64,000 bases of DNA from Spizellomyces punctatus DAOM BR117 (Eukaryota), in assembly GCA_000182565.2 (NCBI GenBank), contig KQ257451.1; one strand, written 5' to 3'. This document shows, piece by piece, positions 13,044 through 25,476 of this stretch. The notes beneath the pieces were generated by a model. That model was not told where the DNA came from. It saw only the letters and a list, made by a program, of their open reading frames with translations, and did not search any database. Position numbers and translations under genes: made by a program. Each line of letters opens with the position of its first letter. The stretch's first letter is position 1.

Positions 13044-15759
13044 ATGTCGTATATCGGGTCACCACCCCGCTCCTCCTTTGGCCAGCGGAAGCCGTCAATT
13101 GTTGAACGCGCGTCCAATGCCATTGAACAGAAATTGGGCGGAACGGCTCTACGACGGGTGGCGACGACGCCGGCTAGCTACGGGTCGGGGGGACTGAAGG
13201 ATGTCCAAAGTGCTAGTGTGGGTAGTTTAGTGGAGGAGAATTATTCAATGTGCGTTGATGATTATGAAGTTGGAGAACCGATAGGTACTAGAGCTTGTGG
13301 GACCGATGCACTCCGCCTATGAGGTCACTAAGTGTCCTATTTTATTAATGCAGGATATGGATCTTCGGCTGTGGTTTATATTGCCCGGTATAAGCCAACG
13401 AACAAGGCGGTAGGAATTAAGATGATTGATTTGGATATGTTTGAGCGAAATCAGATTGATGAGTTACGGGTAGGGTTTGCGTCTTCCTTTTGTGGTTTCA
13501 TCCGTGTATTATTGACTTGTTTACATTCTTATCAATGGACAGAGAGAAATTCAGATAATGAGCTTGTCAAAGCATCCCAATCTCCTCCCTGTATTTGGCT
13601 CGTTCGTGCACGGTTCCAAACTTTACATTGTCACGCCTTTCCTCTCTGCCGGATCATGTCTAGATATTATGAAAACCGCCTTTCAAGATGGCATGGACGA
13701 AGTCTCTATCGCAACCATTCTCAAGCAGGCCCTTGAGGGACTCGTTTACCTCCACAAAAACGGTCTAATCCACCGTGATGTGAAAGCCGGAAACCTCCTC
13801 ATTCACGAAGATGGTTTAGTCCAATTGGCAGATTTTGGTGTCAGTTCCTCGTTGATGGATACCGGGGAGCGTAAGGGTCTAAGAAAGACTTTTGTGGGCA
13901 CACCATGTTGGATGGCTCCGGAGGTTATGGAGCAGAGCGGCTATGATTATAAAGCAGACATATGGAGTTTTGGGATTACGGCTTTGGAATTGGCTACAGG
14001 ACACGCACCGTTTGCAAAGTTTCCTCCCATCAAGGTTTGTTCCTGTATCTTCTGTAGTGTACTGATCGTATGAGCATGTGGGCCAATGAATTCTAATGTT
14101 TGGTACAGGTGCTGATGCTGACACTCCAAAATGATCCGCCAACATTGGACCGCGATTCCACAAAGCACAGATATTCTAAAACATTCAAAGAAATGATCGA
14201 TCTGTGCTTGGTGAAAGATCCAGCTAAACGGTGAACATGCGGTCTTTTTGGTAGATTATTGGATACAGTCACTGAATTCTCATTTTTGCCATTATAGACC
14301 TACAGCCGAAAAACTGTTGTCGCATCCCTTCTTTAAACAGGCGGCTAAGAAACGCCAATACCTTGTCGTGTCACTGTTGCAGAACTTGCCGCCAATAACA
14401 CAGCGTCAACACAATAGAAGTATGTTTGGTTGCTGTTCAGATAAGGGCCCTTTTGATTTCCGCTGACTCGCTGGAATATTAGGAGGATCACACCCTCAGA
14501 AGGACGGATCATATTCCAAAGGTGTTTCGTGGGACTTTAGTACTGCAGCCGAAGAGCTCGGAATGCAACCCGGCAAGGAGGGAAGCAAGGACGCGATGAT
14601 TCGCACATTCTTGTCGGAGAGCTCTGTGGATTCAACCACAAGCTCAGACTCTCTGAATATCGAAGAGGGCACAAGTAATGGTAGTGGTAGAGAACGAGGT
14701 GTGAGTTTCGCTCCTAGTGTTGCTGTTGTAGGCGGCGGTGCCGAGCCATTAGCTGCTCCCGCGGTAAAAAAGAGCCGATTTATTGTGGATAGCCCCAGCG
14801 GTGCTTCATATCCAACATTGGCTGTCGATGTCACAAGCGCACCGGGAACTCCTACCGGTGCTCAGACGCCGGTGGAGAATGCGGTGGTAGACTCTTCATC
14901 AACGCCAAGTTCGCAAACGCCGCCGTCATCCAATGTGTCCCCTGTTGCTGGGGAAGTAAGAAAGGGACGGTTTAGTGTCAATCAATCGGCACCAAGTGGC
15001 ATAAATCCGTCAGCTCCATCAGTGCTACCCGACACGTCGCGACAGGTGGGGTCTCCGGCAGATGCCGTGGCACCAAAGTTGAGCGACGATGGATCTACAG
15101 GTAGGCTCTTTTTTGCAACCGGGTGTAAGCATGTACCAATATTTATAGTCCTTGCGGTTTCCAGTGGAACGAAAGCCAAGCCGTTTTGCAGTCCAAACTC
15201 TCTCCACTACGTCATCCAGCCCCGCCACCCCCTCAGCTGGTTCACAAGACTCCATCACAACCCGAACCCTGGACCGAAGAGGCCGATTCGAAGTAACAAC
15301 GGGGGACAACTCCCCGATTCCGCAGGCAATAACCCTGGACCAGCTCATACGCCAGAATGAATTGCAGCGAAATCTCCTCAATGATATGATTGCGGCACTT
15401 GGACGGAATGGATTGACACTTGAAGCCTTGGGAGTGTCGGTCCCCGCTGGTGTCTTTGAGGTGAATACACCTGGAGAGAAACCCAGTCCGTCGCTGGGTC
15501 CTACGAGGAGTTTAAGTGGAGCAAGTATGGACGGGTTTGGGGTAAGACAGCGCAAATAGGTTAAATATGTACAGGTATTCGGATTTTTTTAACCTCCACT
15601 TTATTTTAGTTGGATAAAGCTCAACCCAGCGCCGACTCGCTGAAGCGCGAAAATGACCAGCTGCGACAAGAAGTGGCTCAGTTGAGACGTGAAGTGGAAC
15701 TTTTTAGGAAGGGGGACGCACACGTGAAGGGCGTGAGTAGCGGGGTGGACGGTATTTGA
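13044..15759 (+). CDS. STE20-family Ser/Thr kinase, SPAK/OSR1/Fray-like (GCK-VI), multi-exon
   Basis: [50 protein letters not shown] motif and C-terminal coiled coil [17 protein letters not shown]. Confidence 0.92.
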
Positions 15760-16770
15760 GAACTTGTAAACATTAATTTGTGCATCGCGTCCTTTCTGTA
15801 TTTTTTGTTTGGCGTCATGGTTGTGGGTTGGGACGCGAGTTGGATGAAAGGAGTATTGTATCGTGGCTGGGGGGTGCGGTGGGACGTATATAAGTCTGTT
15901 ATTTGTATAGTGCCATCGGAGAGCATGCTTGAAAAGCACAGATAATGCAATTAGAACCATTATGAGCCACTGTATGTCATGGCGGCATTCATAGCGCTTA
16001 TGTATGTGCCTTGGGTTGGAAGGTGTGCAACAATGTCTTCTTCTAGCGAGGCTCTTCAAATTCCGTATCTTTCACGCATATTGGCTTCCAAGCTGGCTTC
16101 CACGGTGGATCTTATCCCCTTGTTTCCATTGCAAAAGCCGTACGTCCATTTTCTGCATTCGCAGCACGTCGGATGTATTCAAGGAGTAAATCACCGTCCT
16201 TTCATTGAATCGATTCGCTCAACATCCTGGTATGGTGCTGGATGTGTTAAGATATGGTTTTGATCCAGATGTGAAGACTCAAAAGAGTTAATGAAGGAAT
16301 TGTACAAGTTTCTAAATTTCTTTCACATTATTTTATCATATTTCGTGTTTGCTTGGAAAATGTGAGAAGGATAAGTGTCATGATACACACACATCTTCCT
16401 GAAAGCACTAATATCTACACTTGATGTGTATCAGAATGTGAACACGGAAGACTGTTCACGAGCCATTGAAGCCCTTTTTGATAACGCATACCGAGGTTAT
16501 ATTCCGCATACAAATAGAGAAGACTCTACTGCAAACTCCTTCCCCCAGATTGCAACAGTGTTAGTTGAGGCAACGCTTGACAACAACCGTTGCTTCCTTT
16601 GCTGCATATCTGTCGCCCGAAGGCAGCAAGCATCTTGAACCCAGCCGACCGCGCTACTAAGCCATAGTCACGTGCCCCTTCTCCAATTCAACCTCGGCCA
16701 CCGCAGCAACGATAGCTTTCCTCCCTTTTCGGACGTTGATCATCCATCCATCCATCTTTGACTTTACGCC

Positions 16771-17454
16771 ATGGTGAGTTGCTGTTGATGGGGGCAGGTG
16801 ACGGAGGTGAAGGCGTTCTGTGCTGTGTCCTGGGAGATCTCGATGAAACGGATGGATGGAAGGACGTTGGACGAGGCATGGAACATGTGCGAGCATGAAA
16901 TTGCAAAAGGGGAATTTGACGATATTTAGTTGGACTGCAGGAACGAGAAGATATTTTGAGGACTAGGTGGACTCTCTGGAGAAATGCAGGCGACCTGAGC
17001 TCGTTAGGGTGAATGCAAAACCAGAATGGGGGCAGAAGCGGGAAGATAGTGACAGATCACCCCCCATTATCTCAACAACTCCCACGCAATACCTTCAACC
17101 GATCTTAACCACATCACCTCTTACAGGACACAAAAAGCGCAGTCCCCAAGCTTGCCCGCGTTGTCAAGGTTTTGGGTCGTACCGGCTCCCGGTAAGGCGA
17201 GGTGGCTACATGTTGACAATATCCGCCTGTATTGACTTGACTGTCCGGGTATCCTTAGCGGAGGAGTGACCCAAGTCCGTGTCGAATTCATGGACGACAC
17301 CAACCGATCCATTATTCGGAACGTGAAGGGTCCCGTGCGTGAAAACGGTATGTTCCTAGGTTGCAGCCTTATATAGAGGGCTCTTTTTCACATCTGGTCA
17401 TTAGACATTCTCACCCTCCTCGAATCTGAGCGTGAAGCCCGTCGTCTCCGTTAA
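16771..17454 (+). CDS. RPS28: 40S ribosomal protein S28 (eS28), 4 exons, first coding exon is ATG only
   Basis: Spliced product [68 protein letters not shown]. Confidence 0.96.
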
Positions 17455-17907
17455 GAAGATGGATGCGATTGTGAGGGTCTTCTTGTCTTTCTCTGGCTGG
17501 GCTGTCCACCTGTAATTGTTGCTTCCTACGTCTGATATGAAAGGCTGAGAGGAAGGGGATGCCTAGACGTGGAAAGATCGGATGGTGTATTTTCTGCATT
17601 GTCAATAAATTTGTTACTGGACGCCACCATTTCCCGTTTTCTACCAGCTTCTGCTGAAAGTGTACCTGGTTGACTCGGAAACTGCACTCTGACTCCTGAT
17701 CAGGTCCATATTTGGCTATGACGCATAGATGTAGAAGCCCGTGAGACAGGCGCGCACCAAAGCCAGTACAACGGAAAATGCGAAAAACGTGCGTGAGAGT
17801 GGATTCTAAGTCCTCTATAAATACTTGGGTCCCACTATTGACCCGTGAAATTGAGGCAATACCCCACAAGTGCTCCAAAAGCCCCCCAATGATCTACCTA
17901 ATCTATG

Positions 17908-19665
17908 CTAATCCTTTTTGATATGTCTGTCTCCGATATGACGTTCATACATTCTACCTAAGAAGCGCTCGATGCCGTATGCCATGTAGTGGGCACGTGG
18001 GGCAGAAAGAATATCGTACATGTGATTTGCATTCTGGTTGGGACATAAGTGTCTGTCAGATTTAAGACGGAGATAAAACGTAAAGAAGTACTACGTACAG
18101 GGAATTCCACATAGCAAATTGGCTCTTTGGAGATCTTCTTGTAACTTTGGACGAAATCGCGAACGGAACGGAATGGGACGAGAATGTCGGCGCGGCCGCT
18201 GTAAACAAAGGTATGAAGTGAGGACCACGTAAAAGACATATTCTCCCGAGGTGCGAAACACTTACTGGAACAGTAAAAAGGGAGGCAACTGTTCTGTCCC
18301 ATTGACAGCTTTAGGCATTTTGGATCCTTCCTCTTTTGTATCCGCGGCCGTCACCTTTTCTCCCAAACTGGCGGCGTTACTCCTTCTCCGCTCCGCCTCC
18401 ATCTGCTTCAATAGGATGACTGGACTCGAGAGTTTGAGGAATTCTTCATTGGGGGTGAAGCCTTCTTCCTTGCCCAAAATCTGTTTCGCAAACCAGTCCT
18501 GGAATTTATGTCTCCAGTAGCGTTTGTGGTTTGTCAAATCAAGAACGGCATTGATGCCAACACATGCTTGAACAGATGTATCGACAGATTCAAAGCCGGG
18601 TTGGTAGAACGGGTCGTTTTGTGTCATGGCTGCCATGGCTGCCAAATGTCCACCGGCAGAGTTACCGGCCAACGCAACAAAATTTGGGTCACCTCCGTAT
18701 CGCCCAATATTCTGTCTAACCCACCTAATGGCCCGTTTGACATCAATGAGGTGATCGGGGTATTTGGCGTGCGGCGAAAGCCGGTAATTTACGGAGACGA
18801 CGACCCAGCGCTTAAGGGCGAGGTAAGAGATGAATGGTGGGGAAATCGTTTTATCGCCCATCGACCAGGAGCCACCGTGTATGAATATGAGGACTGGGCG
18901 GTGCCGGGGATAGCTTGGGTGGATGTGGACGTCCAAGGACATGTAGGGTTCCGCGGCTGGACCGGCTTGTTTCAACTCTTCCTCAGAGGCGTAAACAACT
19001 GGAATAGTGGCTGGTTAGCGCTTACGCTGCACCTCGCTCCGTGTAGGAAATCATCAACTTACTGTCGGGATGGACCATGACATTTCTGGCCGACCAAAAG
19101 GGATTTAACAAGCGAAACCAATAGCCGAGGCTGCCCATCCACAACAAAGCTATTAATCCCTATCCTCTGCGAGATCTCCTTCAATGCAATTGAAACCTAC
19201 TGAAAGAATCCCGGAGGATCATGCGAATCCGCAGCCCGAAAAACTTTGGTCTGTTCCTCCACGACATAACGGGCGAAATAGCATTGAAGAAATAATCCCC
19301 AGATGGTCAGAAAGACGACGATATCAAGGCGATACAGCCAGTTCGAGTATGCAAGTTCGAATACTCCGACTTTGGTTGCAAAGTAGAGGATGAGGAATTT
19401 AAAAAAGAGAAACACTTGCGGAAATTCGGTTCTTTAAAAAGAACACAAGGTTGTGAGTGGGGGAGTTGGAACACTTTTCGGCCAAAGGTTTCGTTGGCTC
19501 ATATCTCAAGTTCTAAGAGACTTACATCAAAGTTGATAGAATCAGGACATTGAAACGATATTTCCTTGAACTGTTTGCAGGAGAAGGAAGTTGGGACAAG
19601 ACGCACAGGAGCCCTGTTAACCCCACAGAGAGGGCATACAGGGTCGCGTAGACCGCTGTGAGCAT
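17908..19665 (-). CDS. Alpha/beta-hydrolase, HSL-like lipase/esterase with N-terminal membrane segments, multi-exon
   Basis: HGGSW oxyanion motif, VNYRLSP, GNSAGG nucleophile, GRADILVP (Asp), ANHMYD (His). Hydrophobic N-terminal exons from MLTAVYATLYALSVG. Confidence 0.85.
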
Positions 19666-20560
19666 TGGAGATTGGAGGGTTTTTGGTTGGGAAGTGAGTA
19701 ACGATGAGGTTTACAGATGGGAGACAAGAGAAACCTCCTGGTGTTATTTAAACAAGAAGAATCGGGTAAAAAAGTCGACAAAGGCCAAGAATGCTCAGAA
19801 AGCTTCGCTCTGACCGCAACTTTCCTAAAGTTGCTTATTGATTGAAATTTCAAAATGGGATATTTGGCTGAGAATTTGTGTCGCGTTTTCTTTCTTGTTT
19901 GTTTTCCTTCAAGATGGAGGGGAGGAGAGGAAGAGAGATGGAAGAGCAAAAGGTGAATTGCCAAAGGATGGACTCAAGAAAGGATTCAATGGGAAGTAGG
20001 AAGCGAACATGGATCATGACCCTCTTTAGAGAATGATCCACCACATTATAATTGAAACATTGGAATAAAAGTTGCTTGGAGAGATTCATCCATGTTCAGC
20101 ACCATTGGGTACCCTTTAGCACCTTGCAGGACGTTGCATCTTGGGCTATATCACCTTGTTGAGGTTTGATTACATGGGAATACACTGAGAAGCCTATGAT
20201 ACGAGGTGTTCTAATTGACGGACAGGTTTTACACGTTCTGCATACTGGCTCTAGGCTTCAAAAGAGACAGCAGATCTTGACTCTCCTTGCCATGCACAAG
20301 AACCGTATTAAAAGACCTTTGCATGATATCCATCTCCTCTCAAGCCAACGTACTTCTTGGACTATTCGCACCAGAACACCTTTTGAACGTTTGAGCGGTG
20401 GTGGCACAATCACATTGATATTGCAAATCATTGCCACCGACACGTGACACAAGCCGAACGCCAAAACATTTGCAGAATTCCAACTGTCGGATTTCCTTCC
20501 TCTCGCAACGACCGTTGGAAAGTCATCCCTCACATCTTTCCGTCGAATCCATCGTACGCC

Positions 20561-21608
20561 ATGGTGAGTAACAGTCCAGATATCATTGATGGAGAGAGAA
20601 CGCTGCAAGTGGAATGAGTGAATGGATGGATGGATGGATGGATAGAAGGATGGATGCGATCGACACTCAGGAATAGTACCGGAAATAATTCAAATGAAAT
20701 CCGCTCATGGAGAAATATAAGCTGGCTCAACGGGGAGGAGAAAGGCACGGGGGAGACTAACGGGTAGACGATAGGAACATCGGCGGAAATGAATGGGACA
20801 TGCGATAATGCAACCCCTATTTGGCCGAATGAGATGCTGATTGCTCTTTCCTCGTCTTCTGTCACCAGCCACCAAAAGCTCCCAAGCCGGCTGAAGAGAA
20901 CATCAAGCTCGGACCTCAGGTCCGTGAGGGTGAAAACGTCTTTGGCGTCGCCCACATCTTCGCCAGCTTCAACGACACTTTTGTCCACGTTACCGATATG
21001 ACTGGCCGTGAAACGATCTCCCGTGTCACTGGTAGGTTCAATCTTCTTTCTTAGTTTCATTACCCGCCGGGTTCGACGTGGTGCCTTGTTTGCATCCTTC
21101 CTACGTTACCCCGGTTTGGTACCAGAACAGGAACCTTTCCGGGGAAAGTGGCGTACGGGACATGTCGAATCGGACTAGTGGTGAAACACGTAATCCGTGA
21201 AAGAGCAGTTGAATGACCGATGCCCTCGCCACTTTTCCCCCTTGTTGCGCGATAGGTGGTATGAAGGTGAAGGCCGACCGTGACGAGTCCTCTCCCTACG
21301 CGGCCATGTTGGCGGCTCAGGACGTTGCCCTGAAGTGCAAGGAGGTCGGCATCACCGCCGTTCACATCAAGCTCCGTGCTACCGGTGGTAACGGTACCAA
21401 GACTCCCGGTCCTGGTGCGCAGAGTGCTCTCCGTGCTCTTGCCCGTAGCGGCTTGAGGATCGGCCGTATTGGTATGTGATCCTCTGTGCCAGTTATGTGA
21501 TTGCGTGGCTACAAGTACTAATTCGATCTTCTTTGTACAGAGGATGTGACTCCCATCCCCACTGACAGCACCCGCAGAAAGGGTGGTCGTCGTGGTCGTC
21601 GTTTGTAA
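20561..21608 (+). CDS. RPS14: 40S ribosomal protein S14 (uS11), 4 exons, first coding exon is ATG only
   Basis: [44 protein letters not shown]...[25 protein letters not shown]...[23 protein letters not shown]. Confidence 0.97.
21055..21240 (+). promoter_or_regulatory. Structured RNA element in RPS14 intron 2
   Basis: Nested complementary segments forming a ~130-nt hairpin, plus an alternative pairing with the 3' splice-site pyrimidine tract. Confidence 0.5.
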
Positions 21609-21785
21609 GCTATCCGCGATCATATGTCGGTCTTCAGATTTGCTTTGTTCGCACTGTGCGGCAGGCATGCTACAGTTTCTGGGGGGAATCTGGAATGGCT
21701 CACTGTACACATCTATAATAAACGAGTCTGAGAACTAATTGGATTTCTGTTTGGACACTGTACATTTGGCTGCATATAACCTGGT

Positions 21786-22474
21786 CTAAATCACCCTCTC
21801 AATCTTCTTGATTACCACCCCCAAAGCTAATTGTGCTGACTCTTCTGGCTTTACATCCATCTTCAAATCCTTAATTTTACCACCTGGCTCTACCACGACA
21901 TGGGATCTCTTGATCCCAATTTTGTTGCCCTTCTCGTCGGTTGTAGCCAGACCCAATGCTCCTGCGAATCGAAAGCCTGCATCCGTAAGCAGGTTGAATA
22001 TGAATCCTTGTTGGTGTTTCCACCTGGAGTGAACGGTGGGAGTATCTCCACTATTTCACGCATTCGCATCAATAGCCTCATCAACAGTGTTGCAGGGGTC
22101 CGTCTTGGCTTACCTTACGCCAAACACTTGATAATCCGCCGAGTTGAAAGTTTTCCACGTCTCTTGAAATACAGTTGCTTGCTTCAGGCACCCGGGTGTG
22201 TCTGCCTACAAAACGCCAGTATCCAACCATGAGCGCTTAATGCAATGCGCTTACCACAGGACCCAAAACAAAATTGGGAAGAACCTACTTTTGAGAAAAA
22301 GAAAAACACCGCCCCACGCTTTTCTACAACCTGTCTCAATGCAACATTCTCGTCCCGTTCATCCTTCAATACCAAATCGGGTATCGTACCACCTTCATAG
22401 AGGGACTGGGATGTCGATTGTTGAGATGTCGTCTCGGTGCGTGTTGCAGCAGCTGGCTGGATAGGAGCCGGCAT
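21786..22474 (-). CDS. DOT5: Peroxiredoxin Q/BCP (DOT5-like), 3 exons, single Cys
   Basis: Spliced: IPDLVLKDERDENVAL...VFFFFSKADTPGCLKQA...YQVFGVSGDTP...FNLLTD...IKRSHVVVEPGGKI. Confidence 0.85.
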
Positions 22475-23371
22475 GATACTCGTTTGATAAGAGCTAAACT
22501 GTTGGTAAACGGTAATGAAAGTTGATGAAATTGGGACCAGGTAAAGACTGGGCAGTGGGAGCAAAAAAGTGAAGGAATAGCCTCAAAATGTTGGTGTGCA
22601 GGGTCGGGTGGCTTTGCAGCCCGATGACGTGAGCGCGTCACTTGGTTTTGACCTGTCAGTGATCGGGCGGATTATGTAAAATGCAAACCACACATGAAGG
22701 ATGGTCTGTGCACTATCCGCTGGGGACGGAAAGACTTGCACGTACAGTCTACCCTCTAAATTGTCTGAATGGAACCTAGAGTCATTGGTATATTTCCGCC
22801 AACATCATCATTCGATCGATATAAAAGACGGTGAATATACGATTCTCAAAAGTCCGCTGGCGCTTTTACAATCAAACGCGGACATTCTTCGAACTTGGCT
22901 AAGAGCTGCGGTTGATACTCTGGAGTCAACTTGTAGTCCGGACCTTGAGGCTCTAATGGTGACAAAATATGTTTCTCATCTCACTGGACTTTCCATCAAA
23001 ACAGGATTCGTCGGATGACGTTGAAAGATTTGGACAGCGCGGAAGCCGTGTATGTCCTTAACGCACGCACTGCGGCAATACGTATTTGGAAGCTTCTGGT
23101 CAGATTTCGCATCTGTCTACACGTGCTTTTGAAGGAGAACTTGCAACTTCCATTGTCCGCAAGGCGGGCTGTGAAGTCAATCGGTTTCTGGTCGGTACAA
23201 TTAGTTTCAATTGAGAGAAGATGCGGTGATAGCAAATTTTTTGCCCAGTAAGACGAGCGACAAACAAATCTGATGAAAAACTCTAAATACATTGATCTTA
23301 CGCAAACAATAAACTGTACACAACTTCTATCTCCAAAGAGGGAATCCCTACTCCCTTGTCCACAAATGCAA

Positions 23372-24532
23372 TCAGCGATCATCCTCTACTTTTACACTGT
23401 TCTCGTCACCAATCTTTAACCCAAGCAACGGCGAACAGGTCAGCCATCTTAAATCTGGATGATCTGTGCACTCCTGATACTAGTTTCACCACATTTTAAC
23501 TTGAGGCTAGTTTTGAGCGTACGGTATGATCACGACCCCTTACCTGAGTAAGAACAGGAACACCCATTATATCTGCTACGGCAGCGACGTATTGGATCAT
23601 CATTTCGTCGAATTCGGCGGATGGGTGTCCTTGAAGCTTCTATACACTCATCGCTTTTGAGTCTGAGTCTTGAACAAGGCTAGAATCCAAGGGCTGTACC
23701 TCTTTCCAGGCCTTCTCCTTCATGCGTGTGTAGCGTTGGTAAGACTTCTCCTTTATCCCCTTGGCAAGCACGGGATCATCTAATACATCATGCTGGCATA
23801 GAGATTTGCAACAGTCTTCTGGAGATTTGCCTCCATATAGATAATCTTCCACCCCCGCCTGGCAGAATGGATTAGTACACCATGCGTTAACGAGTCAAAG
23901 AAGAGGTAACATACCTGTATTTGGAGCTCAAGGAAGAGGTCATACCATGGATCGAGGATCTTATATGGCTCTGCATCGTCGGTAGCATCTGCAGCTGCGG
24001 TTTCTTGAAGTACCCAACCGCCAACGGAGAGGAAAGTGGGAATAATAGAAGTCAGGCTTTCGGACCCGGCTTTGCGACGTGGTCTAGAGAATTGTAGATG
24101 GAGCAATGATCAGACTGTAACCCAGATTGCTTAAAGCCACTTACGCAAGTACCTATTTAAAACGACGCTGGCTAATCGATACAGTTGTATTCGGCATTTG
24201 AGGGGGGTGGTATCCAGATCCGTTAAAGTATTCAAGATATCTATGCGATGCTATGTTTGGAATTCCTTTTTTAAGCCTCCAAATTGCAGAAAGCTCGACA
24301 CAAACCATCTGATATAGCACTGAAATCCTCCGCAACACGCGCGCATCCTAGTTTGTCTTTGACATCTTGTGCCGCCCGGAGGTAGTATGTTGTTGCCACG
24401 TACAGAGACTTTGCAAAAGTGTAAGAATATGATGTGCGCAACCAAGCAAGAGCAAAATAAGCGTACCCAGTCGAGGATCAGCAGCTGGATATCTGCTTCA
24501 GTGGGCGAGAGACTCTTTGTGGTTGCTAACAT
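23372..24532 (-). CDS. Fungal hypothetical protein, multi-exon, possibly frameshifted or pseudogenised
   Basis: Coding-like exons DIQLLILDW, SLTSIIPTFLSVGG, WYDLFLELQIQ, MEDYLYGG and MMIQYVAAVADIMGVPVLTQ with GT-AG junctions. One junction near 23640 does not join in frame. Confidence 0.4.
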
Positions 24533-24745
24533 GGCAAGTGTTGAGGATCATGAAATGGTGTTTTCTCGTCCAGCTGTCGTATACTGCTTGGAAGCGACGT
24601 TTTAGAGGGCAGCCAGAACGCTTGGAAGTCGGCAACCACTGATGAACATGAGTTTGGAGATGAACAGATGTTTGAATGGGAAGACAGCGAGGATCTGCGG
24701 ACCACGTGACTAAATCCTGCTCGCGCTTGGTAAGCGAGAGTTTTA

Positions 24746-25155
24746 TATTGGCAATAACATTGCACTCCTTTGGTCTAGCAAGAGAACCAGCCCAGATAAG
24801 TTTAACTACTATTTTGCCTAATTACACATGCAGTTAATCACCTGGGTAACTAACGCCCACCACCACAAGAGATATCTTATAACGTCTTGTTTTGACGAAC
24901 GGATTGACGTAGGAGGTCAGCGACCAGTGAACCAGAATTAGCCTCGGTAAGCATGGGATCCAATCTACAAACATACTTGCAATTGCATCAGTATAGTAGT
25001 ATTAGCGTTGCAAGATAATTCTTGCTCTTTGTTGGTATATTTTGGAGGATGAGGTCCTCACCACCCGATCAGCATTCTTCTTATAATTACATATTGAGAG
25101 TCAAGGTCAAAGAACAAGCGGCAGGAGAGAGAAGAGGCTGGGGGTATTATAGAAA
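24746..25155 (-). repeat. Diverged, shorter copy C of the dispersed repeat family
   Basis: Colinear blocks shared with copy A: TATTGGCAATAACA, GCCCACCACCACA, ACATAC, GAGGTCCTCA, GAGTC.AGG..AAAGAA, TTATAGA. Confidence 0.55.
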
Positions 25156-25476
25156 GATACGTGCTACTGGGAGACTATTCCGGTCATCAGATGGCCGCAA
25201 GGGCAATGATTGCAATCATGACTGCATGTGGACCCATCTTTCTTGTTTATCTTCATAATCATGTTATATCAAATGCGTTTATTTCAATTTGGCTGCAATA
25301 GCTATGTATTTTCCCACCGCTATATAGTGATAATTTCTAAGCTGCCCACCTGTCAGGCTTTTAATGACCTCCTTCATATGAGTCCGCGTAACCAGATTTC
25401 TCTGTTGCGCCTGTAATACTGATGCTCACAAACAAGTTCCACATTTCCTTACAATCTAAAGTCCAAATTTTTATCA

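Noticed and set aside
15960-16640. Possible small minus-strand gene divergent from RPS28
   Set aside because: There is a presequence-like start and some splice-like signals, but I could not build a consistent spliced ORF.
22701-23251. PWI-like snippet (ILRTWLRAAVDTLE...TKYVSHL) in short + ORFs
   Set aside because: Resemblance is faint, the frames are broken and there is no gene model.
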